Part shown: piece after piece, positions 62,173 through 64,000 of the stretch
Layout: each line of letters opens with the position of its first letter
Numbering within the stretch: position 1 is the stretch's first letter
Origin: Geosiphon pyriformis uo1
Taxonomy: Eukaryota; Fungi; Glomeromycota
DNA: 64,000 bases
NCBI GenBank assembly: GCA_016748015.1
Contig: JAAOMT010000664.1
Span: 1,487,892-1,551,891, forward strand
Direction of reading: 5' to 3'
The notes under the pieces: generated by a model
What the model was told of the DNA's origin: nothing
The model's input: the letters and a program-made list of their open reading frames with translations, nothing else
Database searches by the model: none
Made by a program: the position numbers and the translations under genes

Positions 62173-64000
62173 TGTTACTGGAGGTTTTTGGTCTCTTCTT
62201 AGCTCTTGTATGTTTGTTGTAATGCTGTTAATTTACGATTATGGGAAGTGTTTGAACCTCTAATAACTGAATTTATCCTCAAATTATCTCCTATAATTTG
62301 AGCTACTGGGCTTATAAGTGGAATGGCCAATTCCTTGCCAGTTGCTTTTATGTAGTTATGTTGTAGTAAACATCAACTCTTTCCCAGGAATTGCTTGTCT
62401 GGAAGCTCACTAAAAATGTGTAGTTACTTTGCTGTGAAAGTTAACTCTTTTACAGGAATTTTGTCTGTAGACTACCCTAATGATTGTAATAAAAAAATAA
62501 AAGAAATATAAAAGAAATGTAAAAGAAATAGAATTTTGTCAAGGGAAACGTTTTCTATCTAGGCCTGGAGTCACTAACAGTTTACTGAAATTGGTAGCTA
62601 ATCAATTTCAAACTGTTTAGTAGGAATTAGTTAATTTCAAAAGTGAAATAATTCAGAATTTGATTTTTCGAATTATTTAATATTTATTTTGTTTTTGTGT
62701 GTAAAGGATAATTCTAATTGTTAAATCGAAAATAAGATACATTTTCTTGAAGAGAGAAGCTCTTCTTTTATACAACTTGTCATAACACTATTCTATGAAC
62801 TTGAACTTTGCTATTTTCTACAATTTTGCTGAATTAAAGATATATTTCAGTGAACTACAAGTTATTTCTACAAACTATTAGATATTTTGGTGAACTATCA
62901 ATTATTTTGGTGAATTTCTATAAATTTTGGCAAACTTTTGAATGTTACATAGTTCGGGGTATTGCATGATTGATCATCACAATTAGGTTACATTTGTGTT
63001 GTGTACAATTTGGGTTATTAATTAAATGATAATTTCGGACATTTTTGCTAATGTAATAAGTAATAATTTGAAACAATGTTAATTAATGATAGGAATTATA
63101 AGATAATTTTATGCTAAATAATATCTCTAATTTTGTCTGGTAACATAACCTCCTCCTCAAGACTGAGCTCCATCAAAGTCCAAGTACTGTTTGTCATTTC
63201 CAGATAATAATCCAAAATTATTGAAGAAATTTGGTCTGAAAATTGTTGAAATTTCAGTTCTGTGAGCTTTCCAATGTATTGAATCTTCAAAGATTGAAAA
63301 ATTGGGTTTTGTAGTATGTTTTTACAGGTGTGGAATAGGTCATAAAGTCTAAGAGCAGCTCTGAGCCTGTAGCAACTGTTTGTTGATCCAGCTGTTGTCT
63401 TGAATTTATTGTGGAGTTGTTTCTGAATAGCTTCTTTTGCGAGGTTTGCTGTTGTAAGTTTCAGTTTCCATTTGTAGAGTGTTTTTCCAATGTGAAAATA
63501 TCTATAGATTGGAGAATATTCAGTGTTTTCCTCCTTGAGACACAGTTAAAGTCTTTGTTGAATTGTAGCATTTAGTGGAATACTAATTGGAATGAGCATT
63601 AGATTTTTTCTTAAAGCAAGTTTTAAAAGTTCTGGCAGGTGAATTCCAGTATAACTTCTTGTGTTCTTTTTATATGGGGCTAAATTTGTAACTACTTCTG
63701 TTTGGGTATAATTAATGTGGTTTCCAGTAACAGTAATGGATAATTTGGGTATTGTTTTTAAAGCTAACATTAGTTTTTGGGATAATTGTTGAATGTTTTG
63801 AGGAATAGTTATTATAAGTGATTTGAAATAAAAGAAAATTATTTTTGGTGCATGGGTTTTTATGTTATTTTTGTTTTGTTTTTGTGAGATTGTTTCTAAA
63901 TTATAAGAAGATAACTATAATAATAAATTTAAATTAAGTGTTCAAGTTGTGAAGCTGTTTAATGACAACTATTGGTTCTAAATTTTGGAAAATGTCTTCG
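62173..64000 (-). mobile_element. Gypsy copy E (C-type): 3' LTR 62173-63145, PPT, ORF3 63114-63812, integrase tail; nested in the RT of D and continuing beyond the window
   Basis: LTR and internal sequence colinear with 21943-23800; PPT GAGGAGGAGG. Confidence 0.93.

Noticed and set aside
1-64000. Alternative genetic code explaining the many in-frame stops
   Set aside because: The host genes use standard stops, and the TE stops mostly fall at different codons in different copies and derive from single transitions.

Overview
Eukaryotic, almost certainly fungal, genomic DNA. The intron-rich AT-rich genes and the repeat families resemble Glomeromycotina/Mucoromycota such as Geosiphon; that assignment is inference from style and recollection, not from a search. 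About 80% of the window is a nest of decayed retroelements. There are six Ty3/Gypsy-type LTR element copies (A1, A2, B, C, D, E; three LTR types, with C/D/E related), one solo LTR, two L1-like LINEs and two ORF1-only LINE derivatives. They surround a compact CpG-retaining island of five host genes at ~39.9-50.5 kb (ARP9, a copper-fist Mac1/Cuf1-like factor, ICE2, a SIRT4-class sirtuin, and an EF-hand external NADH dehydrogenase). The most interesting object is the shared architecture of the LTR elements: gag-protease-[Cys-rich unknown domain]-dUTPase-RT-RNaseH-STOP, then a separately initiated integrase ORF, then a conserved ~210-240 aa non-env ORF3 of unknown function that in some copies runs through the PPT into U3. 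Each LTR type also has its own helically phased palindrome array just upstream of the TATA box. All repeats show strongly directional C>T/G>A hypermutation. Coordinates and alignments were read by hand; internal domain boundaries are approximate.
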